From positions 21,588 to 85,587 of IMG/VR virus record IMGVR_UViG_3300028883_000041: 64,000 nucleotides of DNA. One strand, given 5' to 3'. Origin of the DNA: a virus. Below are positions 41,385-51,450 of the stretch, piece after piece. Position 1 is the stretch's first letter; each line of letters starts with the position of its first letter. The notes below the pieces were generated by a model. The model searched no databases. It saw only the letters and a program-made list of their open reading frames with translations, and was not told the DNA's origin. The position numbers and the translations under genes are program-made.

Positions 41385-41403
41385 TTTTTACACCTTTAAT
41401 TTA

Positions 41404-42057
41404 TTATTTTACGAATACTTCAATCATAGACAACCTATTTAGAAGGTGAGGACTATCTACCCAATATGGTTTCATATCAACTATTCTATAATCATGTCCC
41501 CACTTGTGACAGATTTCTTTCATATCTTTTTCAGAATAAAAGAAACTTAAAGGAGGTTTAAAAAAGCCCCATGGTTTGGTCTTTTTACCTATCCACACAG
41601 TAACAAATACTTTTGTTGTAGGCTTCATAATCTTCCATAGATTCTGGATAAATTCTTCAAACATAGCAATAGGATTGTGGTTCAATACAGACACCGCTAT
41701 AATGTAATCTACTTTTGGTAGATAATCAAAGCCGAAATCAGTATTAATATAAAACTCTGCTATCTCTTGCTTATTTCCTACTAATACCTTTCCAGCTTCT
41801 ATGGCTTCTGGACATATATCTACACCTACATAACTTCTACAACCATAGTCATATACCTTATCTAATAATGGTAAAGTCCCACAACCCAAATCTAACAGAG
41901 AGTGTTCTGGTTTAAAACCATTATCTTTTAACAACTGTAAAATCTTCTTAGAACCAACATCCCATGAATAAGTTGATGTTCCAGCAGACTTGGGGTCTAT
42001 TGCAACTTGCTCCTTCATGAATTCAGCATAATTATTTATGTGCTCATCATGTGTCAT
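41404..42057 (-). CDS. Class I SAM methyltransferase
   Basis: LLDLGCG, YVGVDI, DYIIAVSVLNH. Confidence 0.85.
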   Translation of the reverse strand: MTHDEHINNYAEFMKEQVAIDPKSAGTSTYSWDVGSKKILQLLKDNGFKPEHSLLDLGCGTLPLLDKVYDYGCRSYVGVDICPEAIEAGKVLVGNKQEIAEFYINTDFGFDYLPKVDYIIAVSVLNHNPIAMFEEFIQNLWKIMKPTTKVFVTVWIGKKTKPWGFFKPPLSFFYSEKDMKEICHKWGHDYRIVDMKPYWVDSPHLLNRLSMIEVFVK

Positions 42058-42092
42058 GATAACATTTAAATATTTCTAACTTTATTAATCTT

Positions 42093-43112
42093 TTGATGAC
42101 TAAACTTAAGATAGCAGTACCAGCTATACATAAATCACGATTAAGACAAATAGCACGAACTGGTCATGAGATATATTACTTTGATGACGATAGAGAAGTA
42201 GAAAAGGGTTATAACTCAATATTCGATGAGTTCACCAAAGAATTAAACAACATAGAATTCATAGCAAAAAACGATTTTGTTAATAACCCAACAAAATATG
42301 ATTTAATAATATTGCCTAATCAAGCATCTATGCATGAGTTTAGTAGTTATAGTAATTTGCCTAAAGCTTTTATTTGGACTAATGTATGTGATATAAATGA
42401 TAAGGTAAAAAAGTTTTTTGGAAACAACCCATTGATGATTTGTACCTCCAACAACTGGAAACTTAGACCACAAGATAGAACAGTAACAATAGGAGTGGAC
42501 CCAGAAGAATTTCCAGAGAGAGACTTTGAAATGAAACCAATATCAAGAATATTGGCTCCTATAAATAATTTTGTTCATGTAGGGAAAAACTTTGCTAAGA
42601 AACACAGAAACTCTCCTAACTGGTTTGGCGATATACCTAATCAACAATATTTCTGTGAGTTAGTAGGTTATGATTGGGTTGATACACTCTCAAATAATGA
42701 GTATATAAAAATATGTGGAAGAAATCCAGTTTTTAAAGAAGAAACATTAATATCAAGAGAACAATATAAAAAATGGATAAGATTACACTCATCTATTTTA
42801 ATACCATCAAGATTTAAACATCATGCTAATGCAACAGCAGAAGCACTTATGAGTAAACAAGCACTATTAATAAGACCTTCAGTAGAATTTAGAGTCAATT
42901 CTTCTCCTCTTACTGATGAACATGATTGTTTCATAATCAAAACAGAAGACGAGTTAAGAAAATATTATTGTAACGATGGGTGGGTATATGATAGAAAAAG
43001 ACAAGAAGCGATAGCTGAAAATGCTTTGCTTACAGCTCATCAATATTTCAGTATGGATACTTGTGTTGAACGATGGAATGAATTCTTTGAACATGTGGTA
43101 GATTGGCAATGA
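42093..43112 (+). CDS. Divergent GT-B-like glycosyltransferase (paralog A)
   Basis: IGVDPEEF; ATAEALM; FSMDTCVERWNEFF GT-B-like C-terminus. Confidence 0.6.
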   Translation: MMTKLKIAVPAIHKSRLRQIARTGHEIYYFDDDREVEKGYNSIFDEFTKELNNIEFIAKNDFVNNPTKYDLIILPNQASMHEFSSYSNLPKAFIWTNVCDINDKVKKFFGNNPLMICTSNNWKLRPQDRTVTIGVDPEEFPERDFEMKPISRILAPINNFVHVGKNFAKKHRNSPNWFGDIPNQQYFCELVGYDWVDTLSNNEYIKICGRNPVFKEETLISREQYKKWIRLHSSILIPSRFKHHANATAEALMSKQALLIRPSVEFRVNSSPLTDEHDCFIIKTEDELRKYYCNDGWVYDRKRQEAIAENALLTAHQYFSMDTCVERWNEFFEHVVDWQ

Positions 43113-44095
43113 AGATAATAGGAATATACGGTCACATGGGTTTTTCAAGACAGTTGGCTGCCACTAAACACGATTGGACATTTGTTCTATTTGACGATAG
43201 AGCAAAAAAAGAACACGGTTATAGAGACTTGTTTACTGACAAAGAAAAGAACAACTTCAACATCATTGGAACAGACGAATTCTGGGAAAAAATAAACAAC
43301 GATTATTTTGATGCAGTATATCTGGACAAAGACTGGACCATCCAAAGGTTCTGTCATTTAAATATGCCTAAACTTTACGGTTGGGTTAACGTTAGATTAC
43401 CAGTTCCAGAAACAATAAAAGCAATAGGAGATACACCTTTTATACCTACCACTTCTAATGATTGGGATATTAGACCTCAAGATAGAATAGTTTCTATTGG
43501 TGTAGACCCAAACGATTTTCCTAAGAGAGACATAGATGAAGTAATTAATGAAGGATATTTATTCCCAGTAAATTGTTACCTTAAAGTTGCTCTTAGAGCA
43601 GAAAAAGAAGGAGAACACTATCTTAGAGTTGTAGGATATGATTGGGATGATGTTATATCTGACCCTAATCTACCTATAAAGAAATGTGGTTATAATCCAA
43701 TTTATGATGAACGTTTTAAAACAAGTACCAGAGTAGATAGACATGTATTCAAAGAATGGATGAGAAATTATGCTTCTTTGTTTCAACCATCACCTATGAA
43801 ACATCATTCTAATATTATGGCTGAAGCTTTGATGACTGGTCAAGCAATAATTACCAGACCTATGAAACAGTATAGAGTTAACAGTTCTCACCTTATCAAC
43901 AACTGGAATTCTATCATCATCTCAAAGATGGAAGACTTCAGAAAACTCCATCGTAGTGGGTTCTTAAAAGATAAAAAGAAATTAAAACAGTTAGGGGAAA
44001 ATGCTCATCAAACTGCTATAGACCATTTCAACATGAAAAGAACTACAGAAAAATGGGAAGAGTTCATAGAACATTCTATTGCTTGGCAATCTTAG
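43103..44095 (+). CDS. Divergent GT-B-like glycosyltransferase (paralog B)
   Basis: Shares RPQDR, IGVDP, VGYDW, KHH, AEALM and RVNSS with paralog A. Confidence 0.6.
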   Translation: MAMKIIGIYGHMGFSRQLAATKHDWTFVLFDDRAKKEHGYRDLFTDKEKNNFNIIGTDEFWEKINNDYFDAVYLDKDWTIQRFCHLNMPKLYGWVNVRLPVPETIKAIGDTPFIPTTSNDWDIRPQDRIVSIGVDPNDFPKRDIDEVINEGYLFPVNCYLKVALRAEKEGEHYLRVVGYDWDDVISDPNLPIKKCGYNPIYDERFKTSTRVDRHVFKEWMRNYASLFQPSPMKHHSNIMAEALMTGQAIITRPMKQYRVNSSHLINNWNSIIISKMEDFRKLHRSGFLKDKKKLKQLGENAHQTAIDHFNMKRTTEKWEEFIEHSIAWQS

Positions 44096-44843
44096 TCCAT
44101 TTCTCTTTTAAATATTTCCAGTTAGGATTATGTTGTATTTTATGAGCATGAGGAATATGTTTATGTAAGTCCTTTGTCCAACCTATATCAATATGCCACA
44201 CTCTCTTATTATTTGGTATGATAGCGTAGCCACGGTGAATGAGTTGGAGAGCAAAATCAGTATCCTCTAATCCCCATTCACCATCGAAGTTACTATCATA
44301 TCTTGCTCCCCAATCGTCTTTATGCCATAACCAAAACAGAATTGCATTAACATGATATCTTGGATTTAATGCTGTTTCTACTTTATTCAAAGTTATAGGA
44401 CAACCATGTCCGTGTTCGTTAGGCAATTTGAACTCTTTTGAATATTCTGTTTGAACTACCCTTGGATTATATACAACTTTAGAATAAGGTGTAGATAAAC
44501 TGAGAACATTTTCAAGAAGAGTTTTTTCCATGATACAATCATCACCTATGATACCTATGAATATCTTATCAGACCCAGAATATCTTTTAGTAACATAATC
44601 CAAACCAAAGTTTATTGTAGAAGAAAGCTGATATTCTTCTGTTTTCTTGAAGAATAATTCTGTTACTGGAGTTATACAATGATGTCCAATAATGGTATTT
44701 TTCTCATAGTTTTTTACCAAAATAACTTCATCAAACATTTCCTTCTGATTATCAAGTTGTTTGAGAACTTCTATGAGAACCTCTCTATCTTTCTTATCTG
44801 TCTTATGGGTTGGTATGATTAATACTCTGGGATAGTTATCCAT
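44076..44843 (-). CDS. GT2/GT-A glycosyltransferase
   Basis: LIIPT, DEVIL, GDDC (DxD-like), FDGEWGLEDTDF, WH. Confidence 0.75.
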   Translation of the reverse strand: MDNYPRVLIIPTHKTDKKDREVLIEVLKQLDNQKEMFDEVILVKNYEKNTIIGHHCITPVTELFFKKTEEYQLSSTINFGLDYVTKRYSGSDKIFIGIIGDDCIMEKTLLENVLSLSTPYSKVVYNPRVVQTEYSKEFKLPNEHGHGCPITLNKVETALNPRYHVNAILFWLWHKDDWGARYDSNFDGEWGLEDTDFALQLIHRGYAIIPNNKRVWHIDIGWTKDLHKHIPHAHKIQHNPNWKYLKEKWTKIAKQ

Positions 44844-44851
44844 CGTATCAC

Positions 44852-45109
44852 CTAAAGAACTAATCCTTCAATACCGTTGAGTTCACAAACCATGTAATTA
44901 ATCTCTTCCCCATGGAAGATATAATACATCAGACTATCATTCTCATCACATAAGAAACGAATGGTTCTTCCACCGAACTTAACTTTTAGAATGTTTTTCA
45001 TATGAACAGCGGTTCCGTCTTTTAGATAAACTACTCTGCTTAATTCTATTGGTTCCCCATCTTCTCTTTCTAATGTTATGTATTCTTTCTTTTTTTCTTC
45101 TAACGTCAT
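44852..45109 (-). CDS. Hypothetical protein
   Basis: ATGA overlap with the epimerase gene. Confidence 0.55.
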   Translation of the reverse strand: MTLEEKKKEYITLEREDGEPIELSRVVYLKDGTAVHMKNILKVKFGGRTIRFLCDENDSLMYYIFHGEEINYMVCELNGIEGLVL

Positions 45110-46017
45110 TTTTCTTTTACCTCCTTATAATATTCTACTAATTCTTTTATTCCTTCTTTCAATGGAGTGCATTCAAATCCTAAGATATTTTTTGCACGAG
45201 TTGTATCTGCATGTGCTCTGTCTATATTACCATAGAAATCTTTTCCAAAAACAAAATGAAGTTCTTTTTCTGCTATTTCTGAAATCATTATTGCTAAATC
45301 CATAATAGATACTTCCTCTCCAGCCACATTAAAGTCATGACCCCATGCTTCGAGTTCTATAATCTTCTCTACAACATAGACCAAATCTCTAACATCTGTA
45401 AAGGTTCTCATCTGAGTTCCATCACCATGCACTTCTATTTGTTCTTCAGCCAATATTTTCTTAGTAAATACATTAACTACATTATGAGCATATGCTCCAT
45501 AAACAGAGTAGGGTCTGATATTACATGCTTTTAGCTCATCTTTGTTTCTGAAATATTGAACATAAGCATCACCAGCAGCCTTACTGATTGTATAAGGAGT
45601 TGGAATTCCATCCATGAATTTATGGTCTTCTTTAACTAATTTACCTTTAGGCATACCATAAACAGAACCAGATGAAAAATTAATAAGTTTAGTATTTAAG
45701 AATGCACACAAATATGAAACTGTTACAGAAGTTACTATGTTCTTATAAACATCCCCTACTGGGTCATTGATAGTGTCCATCATATGCATACAAGCCAAAT
45801 TAATAACTATATGATGGTCAGCTATTAGCCTTTCAATTACTGGATAATTAGCCGCATCTCCTCTGATAACTCTATCAGCAATACCGTCTATTCTACCCAT
45901 TTCTCCACGTGAGAAATCATCGAATACTGTCACCCAATAATCTAACTCTTTAAGTCGTTTTACAATGTGGGAGCCGATAAACCCAGCTCCTCCGATAACC
46001 AAAATCTTTTTTGTCAT
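45106..46017 (-). CDS. NAD-dependent nucleotide-sugar epimerase/dehydratase (extended SDR)
   Basis: GGAGFIG, SSGSVYG, YTISK, GDGTQMRTF. Confidence 0.9.
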   Translation of the reverse strand: MTKKILVIGGAGFIGSHIVKRLKELDYWVTVFDDFSRGEMGRIDGIADRVIRGDAANYPVIERLIADHHIVINLACMHMMDTINDPVGDVYKNIVTSVTVSYLCAFLNTKLINFSSGSVYGMPKGKLVKEDHKFMDGIPTPYTISKAAGDAYVQYFRNKDELKACNIRPYSVYGAYAHNVVNVFTKKILAEEQIEVHGDGTQMRTFTDVRDLVYVVEKIIELEAWGHDFNVAGEEVSIMDLAIMISEIAEKELHFVFGKDFYGNIDRAHADTTRAKNILGFECTPLKEGIKELVEYYKEVKEK

Positions 46018-46059
46018 ATATAACGTTAAAGATTTTTAACCTTTTAAAGTTTTTGATTT

Positions 46060-46356
46060 CTATCGCAGATTTTGGTCTCGTTCTTTAACAAGAACATAAT
46101 CCGACCTTGCTTGTAACCATCTAATACTCCATTGTATCCACAGAAAGAAGAATAATGGTAAATTAATCAATACAAGAAATATTGCTCCAGCAAAGAACCA
46201 TTTCCAATCTTCTGAAGGGTAATTGACAGCAAACCAGATGAATACAACAGCATAAGCTAATTGTATCAATCCTATTAAAATCATAACACCATACTTGGTT
46301 ACTATATCAAAGACATTAACATCTACATATTTTAATTGTAACTTTCTTTTACTCAT
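46060..46356 (-). CDS. Two-TM membrane protein
   Basis: Two hydrophobic helices. Confidence 0.55.
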   Translation of the reverse strand: MSKRKLQLKYVDVNVFDIVTKYGVMILIGLIQLAYAVVFIWFAVNYPSEDWKWFFAGAIFLVLINLPLFFFLWIQWSIRWLQARSDYVLVKERDQNLR

Positions 46357-46361
46357 AACTA

Positions 46362-46637
46362 TTACTTCCTTATCTCATCTATAAGTTTTACTAAATCTCC
46401 TTTAGTTACTGCATCAGACCACATAACAGTATCTCTATCAGCACGGAACCTATATGGTGTTCCAGCTGGTATGTGGATAGTATCCCCTTCCATGAACTGT
46501 TTCTCTTCTTCACCTAAAACAAAACTACCAGTTCCTTCAAGAATTAAAACTTCATCATCAAGAAGAGAATGATATTGATAGTCAGTGCTCTGGTCCTTTT
46601 TAATGTAAGATAAACCCAAGATGGTTAGTTCTTCCAT
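46362..46637 (-). CDS. Cupin-fold protein
   Basis: Likely start MEELT (46637); YH..DEVLILEGTG..GDTIHIPAGTPYRF. Confidence 0.7.
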   Translation of the reverse strand: MEELTILGLSYIKKDQSTDYQYHSLLDDEVLILEGTGSFVLGEEEKQFMEGDTIHIPAGTPYRFRADRDTVMWSDAVTKGDLVKLIDEIRK

Positions 46638-46707
46638 ATTTAATAATAAGAATGATGAGTTTTTAAATGTTGTTAAAAAAAATAAAAAGGGATGAATAGT
46701 TTTACAA

Positions 46708-47727
46708 CTATCCAACGTAATTTGCTGGGTCTAAAGCTGTCAGATTATCTAACCTACATGCCGCATCTGGATTGACCACACCAACACCTACTCTCGCTGT
46801 CATGTACAATGCCATGGCATCGTGAGAGATGATTGACTCTTGGTCTACAGACAATGGTCGCCTTACAAATCGTATGGCGTATTGCTGAGTGTTCAAGAAC
46901 AGTGCTTTGGTTGTACTCATCCATGGAGTTGAAATAATATTCAACCCAGCGATTGGGTACATATTTCCAGTTCTGAATGTTTGTTGCTGGTCTGGAGGCA
47001 ATACTTGGAACACATTACTTGACATAAATTGGTCCATCTTCATCAACTGTAATAAGTTGTAAGGATGAATAACTAATGTATCGTATGGAATTCCTTCTGC
47101 TTGTCCTACTGCAAGACACATTTGTATCTTTTCCCAGTCTAAAACACCAGATGTTCCAGAGAATGTAGTGTCAGTTGCATCTAGTACATGGTTTGAAACT
47201 TGCTGACCAGTTTTGAAGTTTGTAGTTCCGTCAGAAACACCGTTCAACAGTGTTTGGATAATCAATTTATCTTCAAATCTTGCACATGCGTTCATACCAT
47301 TTTGAACTTGTCTTGAAACCACGTCAAATGACTGTACGTCTTCAATTGCTTCATTAGTAATTGAAACACCTACACCGAATTTCTGTACACGAACAGTTAC
47401 CTTACCGTATTTTGGTTTGGCGATTGGTATCTCGACACCTTCTCCCAAAGGATATGCATCGAAACCACTCTCGAACATGTATGAAATCATTGGTGAATTC
47501 ACTGTCATGGTTTGTACTAAGTTTGCACCAACTAAATCTGGTATATATTCTGTAAAGAATTCACGATTGAATGCCTCTGTAATATATAACAGCATGTCAT
47601 CTCTTGATATATACTGTGTAATTTCATTTAGGTTTGTGGGCTTCTTAACCATTTTTCCTTTGTAAGGAATATAGTTTGAGGCTCCCCAACTTCTAATTCT
47701 ATCGTCTGCTACTGCCATTTTTACCAT
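46708..47727 (-). CDS. Major capsid protein (HK97 fold)
   Basis: GEGVEIP..KFGVGVSITNEAIED..EDKLII..DTLVIHP..IAGLNIISTPWM; likely start 47718. Confidence 0.88.
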   Translation of the reverse strand: MVKMAVADDRIRSWGASNYIPYKGKMVKKPTNLNEITQYISRDDMLLYITEAFNREFFTEYIPDLVGANLVQTMTVNSPMISYMFESGFDAYPLGEGVEIPIAKPKYGKVTVRVQKFGVGVSITNEAIEDVQSFDVVSRQVQNGMNACARFEDKLIIQTLLNGVSDGTTNFKTGQQVSNHVLDATDTTFSGTSGVLDWEKIQMCLAVGQAEGIPYDTLVIHPYNLLQLMKMDQFMSSNVFQVLPPDQQQTFRTGNMYPIAGLNIISTPWMSTTKALFLNTQQYAIRFVRRPLSVDQESIISHDAMALYMTARVGVGVVNPDAACRLDNLTALDPANYVG

Positions 47728-48338
47728 CCTCTCTTATATGTTGGGTCGACAAGAACTTTGCCTACCGTTCCTTCAGTTGTCCAAACTTGTGGACCTTCGG
47801 AACCACTTGAAACTCTAATGACTTTTCCAATAACAATTCTGTTATAGGGGTCTGATAGATATTCCACGTATCCGTCTGTACCGCTTGATAGGGTTACAAA
47901 TTTACCAGCTGTAGGTAAGGTACCGCTATATGGCATCCATACTGGTTCATCAGTTACATATCCGAAAATATACATATTCTCGAAGTCTGCACTTCCAGAG
48001 AACCATTGAGTAATATCAGTTGGACTTCCAGTTTGTAGGAAGGTCAATGGGGCATCAGTTGTTGATATACCAAGTATTCCATAATCGTGACTTGAACCAC
48101 TGATAGTTGTTCCATAAGTTGCAACATCAGTTGCTGCTGCTTTGTTTGCACGTGGAATAATTTGTTCTACTCTGCTTGTAGCACTTCCATACCATTGAGT
48201 TGAGCTATCGTCAGACTCATCGGTTTTAACGAGTACCATTCCAGCTTTCCATGATGCACCAGAACCAAGTTGGCACATCTTTACGTTTTTAGGTTTGTAG
48301 TGTAAACCTTCTTGGTAAGGCATTCTAAAGTTTGGCAT
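47721..48338 (-). CDS. Capsid cement/decoration protein
   Basis: Between protease and MCP; ILGIS, AGKFVTL..IVIGKV pattern. Confidence 0.6.
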   Translation of the reverse strand: MPNFRMPYQEGLHYKPKNVKMCQLGSGASWKAGMVLVKTDESDDSSTQWYGSATSRVEQIIPRANKAAATDVATYGTTISGSSHDYGILGISTTDAPLTFLQTGSPTDITQWFSGSADFENMYIFGYVTDEPVWMPYSGTLPTAGKFVTLSSGTDGYVEYLSDPYNRIVIGKVIRVSSGSEGPQVWTTEGTVGKVLVDPTYKRGW

Positions 48339-49546
48339 TATTTCTTACCTCCGATTTTAAAACCATCTTTCATTTTAGTTTCTTGAGAAACGAATTGAAC
48401 GACAAGTTTAGCATCTTCTTCAATATCTTTGCCTTTCAGATTAAACAATCTTTGGAAGTATTTTACTCCTTCCTCATGTTCGTCAAACACTGGTTGGTTT
48501 GGAGGTTGTCCTACTTGTAAACTTCCAGTCTGTTCAATATCTTCGTCTTTTTTATTGAACTTCTTGTCATAGGCAACCACACTCTTATGGAGTTTTTCAA
48601 GCTGAGTTATTGACATGTCAGAGTATTCCTCTGGCTTTTCACCGCTAAGTTCACAAATTTGTGAAATTAGTTTTTCTTTTTCTTTAGTCTCAAAAGCTTT
48701 TAGTCTTTTCTCTACTTCTTCCATCTGCTTAAGAACTGTAGCTTTTTCAGCTTCAGCTTGTTTGACTTCAGCTTCTTTTTCTTTAAGCTTTAAATCATTC
48801 TCTTTTGTAGCAGCTTTGATTAGAGTCTCAACTTCCTTTTGAGATACTTTTTCTTCCGAGCTCATAATCTTCACGTTTTGTTTGATTTGAGTTTGATGTT
48901 CTGATTTAGCCTTTTTAAATTGCTGACAGATATCTACCATCAGTTTTTCATTGACTTTATCATAAACATCTTCATTCTGTGACGAAATGGCACTGTCGTT
49001 TGCTAAGGGGTCTGCTGGGTCGAGAACGAATGATAAATGTGTCCATCTTAGATGTTTCACAATACCAGCTGCAACCTCACCATTATATTTTTGTAATGGG
49101 TCATGAGGACACATACCAAATGGTTCGTGGCAGATAGTACATTCTATGTTGTTACTTCGAGCCATAATACTAACAGAGTCTACATCTTTTCTTTCCAGCA
49201 TCTTACCGATACCAGATGGATGTTCTTCGTTAATATCAGCCTCATAGATTAACTTGCCATTCTTTTCGTAAGAAGATAATACTCTTCCTACTGTTTTTTC
49301 TATGGTGTTCTCATGGTCTATAACCATTGGAAAACCACTGAGAGATGAAGCAAACTGCTTTATAGTCTCGATAGGATAAATCAAACCATTGAGATTTGGC
49401 TTACCACTATTATGAGCTAATGCAGTCCCAGATACTTTAATACCTTTTACTCCGTCTTCCTTCGTCACAGAGACTGGATTAATGGAGCTAACTACATCAA
49501 ATTCTCTCATGATTGACATTATATTCAGATACCTATAAGAACTCAA
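48338..49546 (-). CDS. Prohead protease + scaffold
   Basis: MVIDH, VGRV, VSI, CTICH..CPH, LSFVLDPAD; coiled-coil C-terminus; likely start 49519. Confidence 0.8.
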   Translation of the reverse strand: MSSYRYLNIMSIMREFDVVSSINPVSVTKEDGVKGIKVSGTALAHNSGKPNLNGLIYPIETIKQFASSLSGFPMVIDHENTIEKTVGRVLSSYEKNGKLIYEADINEEHPSGIGKMLERKDVDSVSIMARSNNIECTICHEPFGMCPHDPLQKYNGEVAAGIVKHLRWTHLSFVLDPADPLANDSAISSQNEDVYDKVNEKLMVDICQQFKKAKSEHQTQIKQNVKIMSSEEKVSQKEVETLIKAATKENDLKLKEKEAEVKQAEAEKATVLKQMEEVEKRLKAFETKEKEKLISQICELSGEKPEEYSDMSITQLEKLHKSVVAYDKKFNKKDEDIEQTGSLQVGQPPNQPVFDEHEEGVKYFQRLFNLKGKDIEEDAKLVVQFVSQETKMKDGFKIGGKK

Positions 49547-49627
49547 CTGTAAAAGGATTAGAAAGAATAAAAAATCGAAGGAAAGTGTGTTACAAAAACG
49601 GTAACTTTATTTCCTATTAATGTCGGA

Positions 49628-51130
49628 CTATTTAGGAGATGAGGGAGATGTTGATGGTGTTGGCTTGTTTTTAGCAGACTCTTTTGAAGCTTCTGCTTGA
49701 GTTTTAGCTGCTTCTGTTAAATCTGGTTGAGCCTCTGCTTGAGCATCATGAAGTCGTGATTGAGCAAGTTGCATTTGTAAAGTTGGATGTAGATTTTGTT
49801 CTACAATAACTCTCTTTCTACCAAAGTCCTCTCTGGCTTCAAGCATATCCATTGACCCACCCATAAGTTCGCTTTCAATACGAAGTCTTCTATCTGCAAT
49901 ACTTTCAATTTCTAACCATCTAATGAATGGTAATGATTGGTATTTTATAGGAGGAACTTCATTAACTTTAGCCATGTTCTTCTTGTTCTGGAAATCACTT
50001 GGACTAAATAGAAATATGTCTCTAAACACTTCATTAAGAAGTTTAGTTCCTATATAATTCTGACGAGCCATAATCCTTCTTCTAAACATTTCATTTTTAA
50101 TCTCTGCATCTGGAGCACTGGAAGAACCAAACCCAATAAGAGTATCTGGAACACCAAGACCAGCAATAATCTGTCTGAGAACATATGCTTGAAAAGGTTC
50201 TACGTTAGTAACACTTTTACCTATCTCCACTGTATCTACTTCTACACGACCATCGATAGCGATATCAGAACCTCTGGCAAGACCAGCCATAATCTGAGAA
50301 GCAATAGCCTTCATCTGTTTAACAGCAAGAGGATTTTGAGCATCACCCATTTTCCATACAGTCAAAGGTCTGGCTGTGGTACGAATGATATCAGCAATAT
50401 CATCTTCCATACCAAGCATGATATTAACTACATCTTTAAGAGGTCTAAACATCGAGTTACCATAAGTAGCATTAGTTATGTCTCTTGCTTTGAAATGAAC
50501 AACTGTTTCTGCTCCTACCTTTCTTATCCTCATCTCCTCATCAGATTTAGTTGTAGTTTTTGGACCAGCAACTGAAGTTCCCATAAATACACCAGTATTA
50601 GTTTTAATCTTATATGGTTCTTGCCAGTATTCAATTACTCTTCCATATGAGTCTCTTTTAACACTTACACTATAAGGATGAACTACTTTTAATCTTTTAA
50701 TTCCCCAGCCGCCTTCATTGTATGATTTATTATCATAAACCTTTTCTACAAAACATTCTCCAAACACGTCCATTTGAGCACTGATTTGTTGTATCACATT
50801 ATCTAATTCAACAAATCTCCTCCATGCTCTTAAGAAATTCAATTGCTTTCTTTGGAAGTCTTGTAATTCTTTATCTGTTTCAAAAGCGTAAGTATGACCG
50901 TAAGCAGTTACCATATCAGCTCTTAACCACACAGCAGCTGCTAAAATAGGAACAGAGTTCAAAGCAGTCTCATATCTTAAGATATTCTCTTCTCTTGCTT
51001 CTACAAAGTTAATATATCTTCTTGGATGAACCATCATATGCCCTTCAGAAGGTTTTCTCCCTTGAGATATCTCATAATGATTACCTACCCACTGAGCAAA
51101 AAGTTCATCTCTACTGTCTTCTTCTGACAT
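49628..51130 (-). CDS. Portal protein
   Basis: VFGECFVE, LKVVHP, VVHFK..YGNS, IIAGLGVPDTLIG. Confidence 0.88.
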   Translation of the reverse strand: MSEEDSRDELFAQWVGNHYEISQGRKPSEGHMMVHPRRYINFVEAREENILRYETALNSVPILAAAVWLRADMVTAYGHTYAFETDKELQDFQRKQLNFLRAWRRFVELDNVIQQISAQMDVFGECFVEKVYDNKSYNEGGWGIKRLKVVHPYSVSVKRDSYGRVIEYWQEPYKIKTNTGVFMGTSVAGPKTTTKSDEEMRIRKVGAETVVHFKARDITNATYGNSMFRPLKDVVNIMLGMEDDIADIIRTTARPLTVWKMGDAQNPLAVKQMKAIASQIMAGLARGSDIAIDGRVEVDTVEIGKSVTNVEPFQAYVLRQIIAGLGVPDTLIGFGSSSAPDAEIKNEMFRRRIMARQNYIGTKLLNEVFRDIFLFSPSDFQNKKNMAKVNEVPPIKYQSLPFIRWLEIESIADRRLRIESELMGGSMDMLEAREDFGRKRVIVEQNLHPTLQMQLAQSRLHDAQAEAQPDLTEAAKTQAEASKESAKNKPTPSTSPSSPK

Positions 51131-51273
51131 TTACCTTCATTCTTTTATATTGAACTCCCATATATTTATCTTTCCGTTGGCTTCTGATGTATGAATAACT
51201 TCAAAACCTTTAAATAGTAGATAAATCAATGTCTATACATGAGAGAGATGTATAAAGATATGGAGAGAAAGAA

Positions 51274-51450
51274 ATGACTAAGAAAAAATGTCCAGAATGT
51301 GGAAAGTTTATGAAAGTTAAAGGAAAAGGTCAATCTACTATATACTACTGTAAATCTTGTGATAGTTATTATTTTACACCAATCTTTGCTACAACTAATA
51401 CAACAGAAACAGATAATATAAAATTCAAGTCGGTGAAGTATGATGGATAG
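51274..51450 (+). CDS. Small Zn-ribbon protein (58 aa, not in ORF track)
   Basis: MTKKKCPECGKFM..YYCKSC; promoter AAACC-TTTAAATA near 51205. Confidence 0.6.
   Translation: MTKKKCPECGKFMKVKGKGQSTIYYCKSCDSYYFTPIFATTNTTETDNIKFKSVKYDG

Noticed and set aside
45106-46017. UDP-xylose synthase (would fit a Ser-Gly xylosylation model)
   Set aside because: It has SSGSVYG/YTISK rather than the STSEVYG/YDEGKR signature; substrate left unassigned
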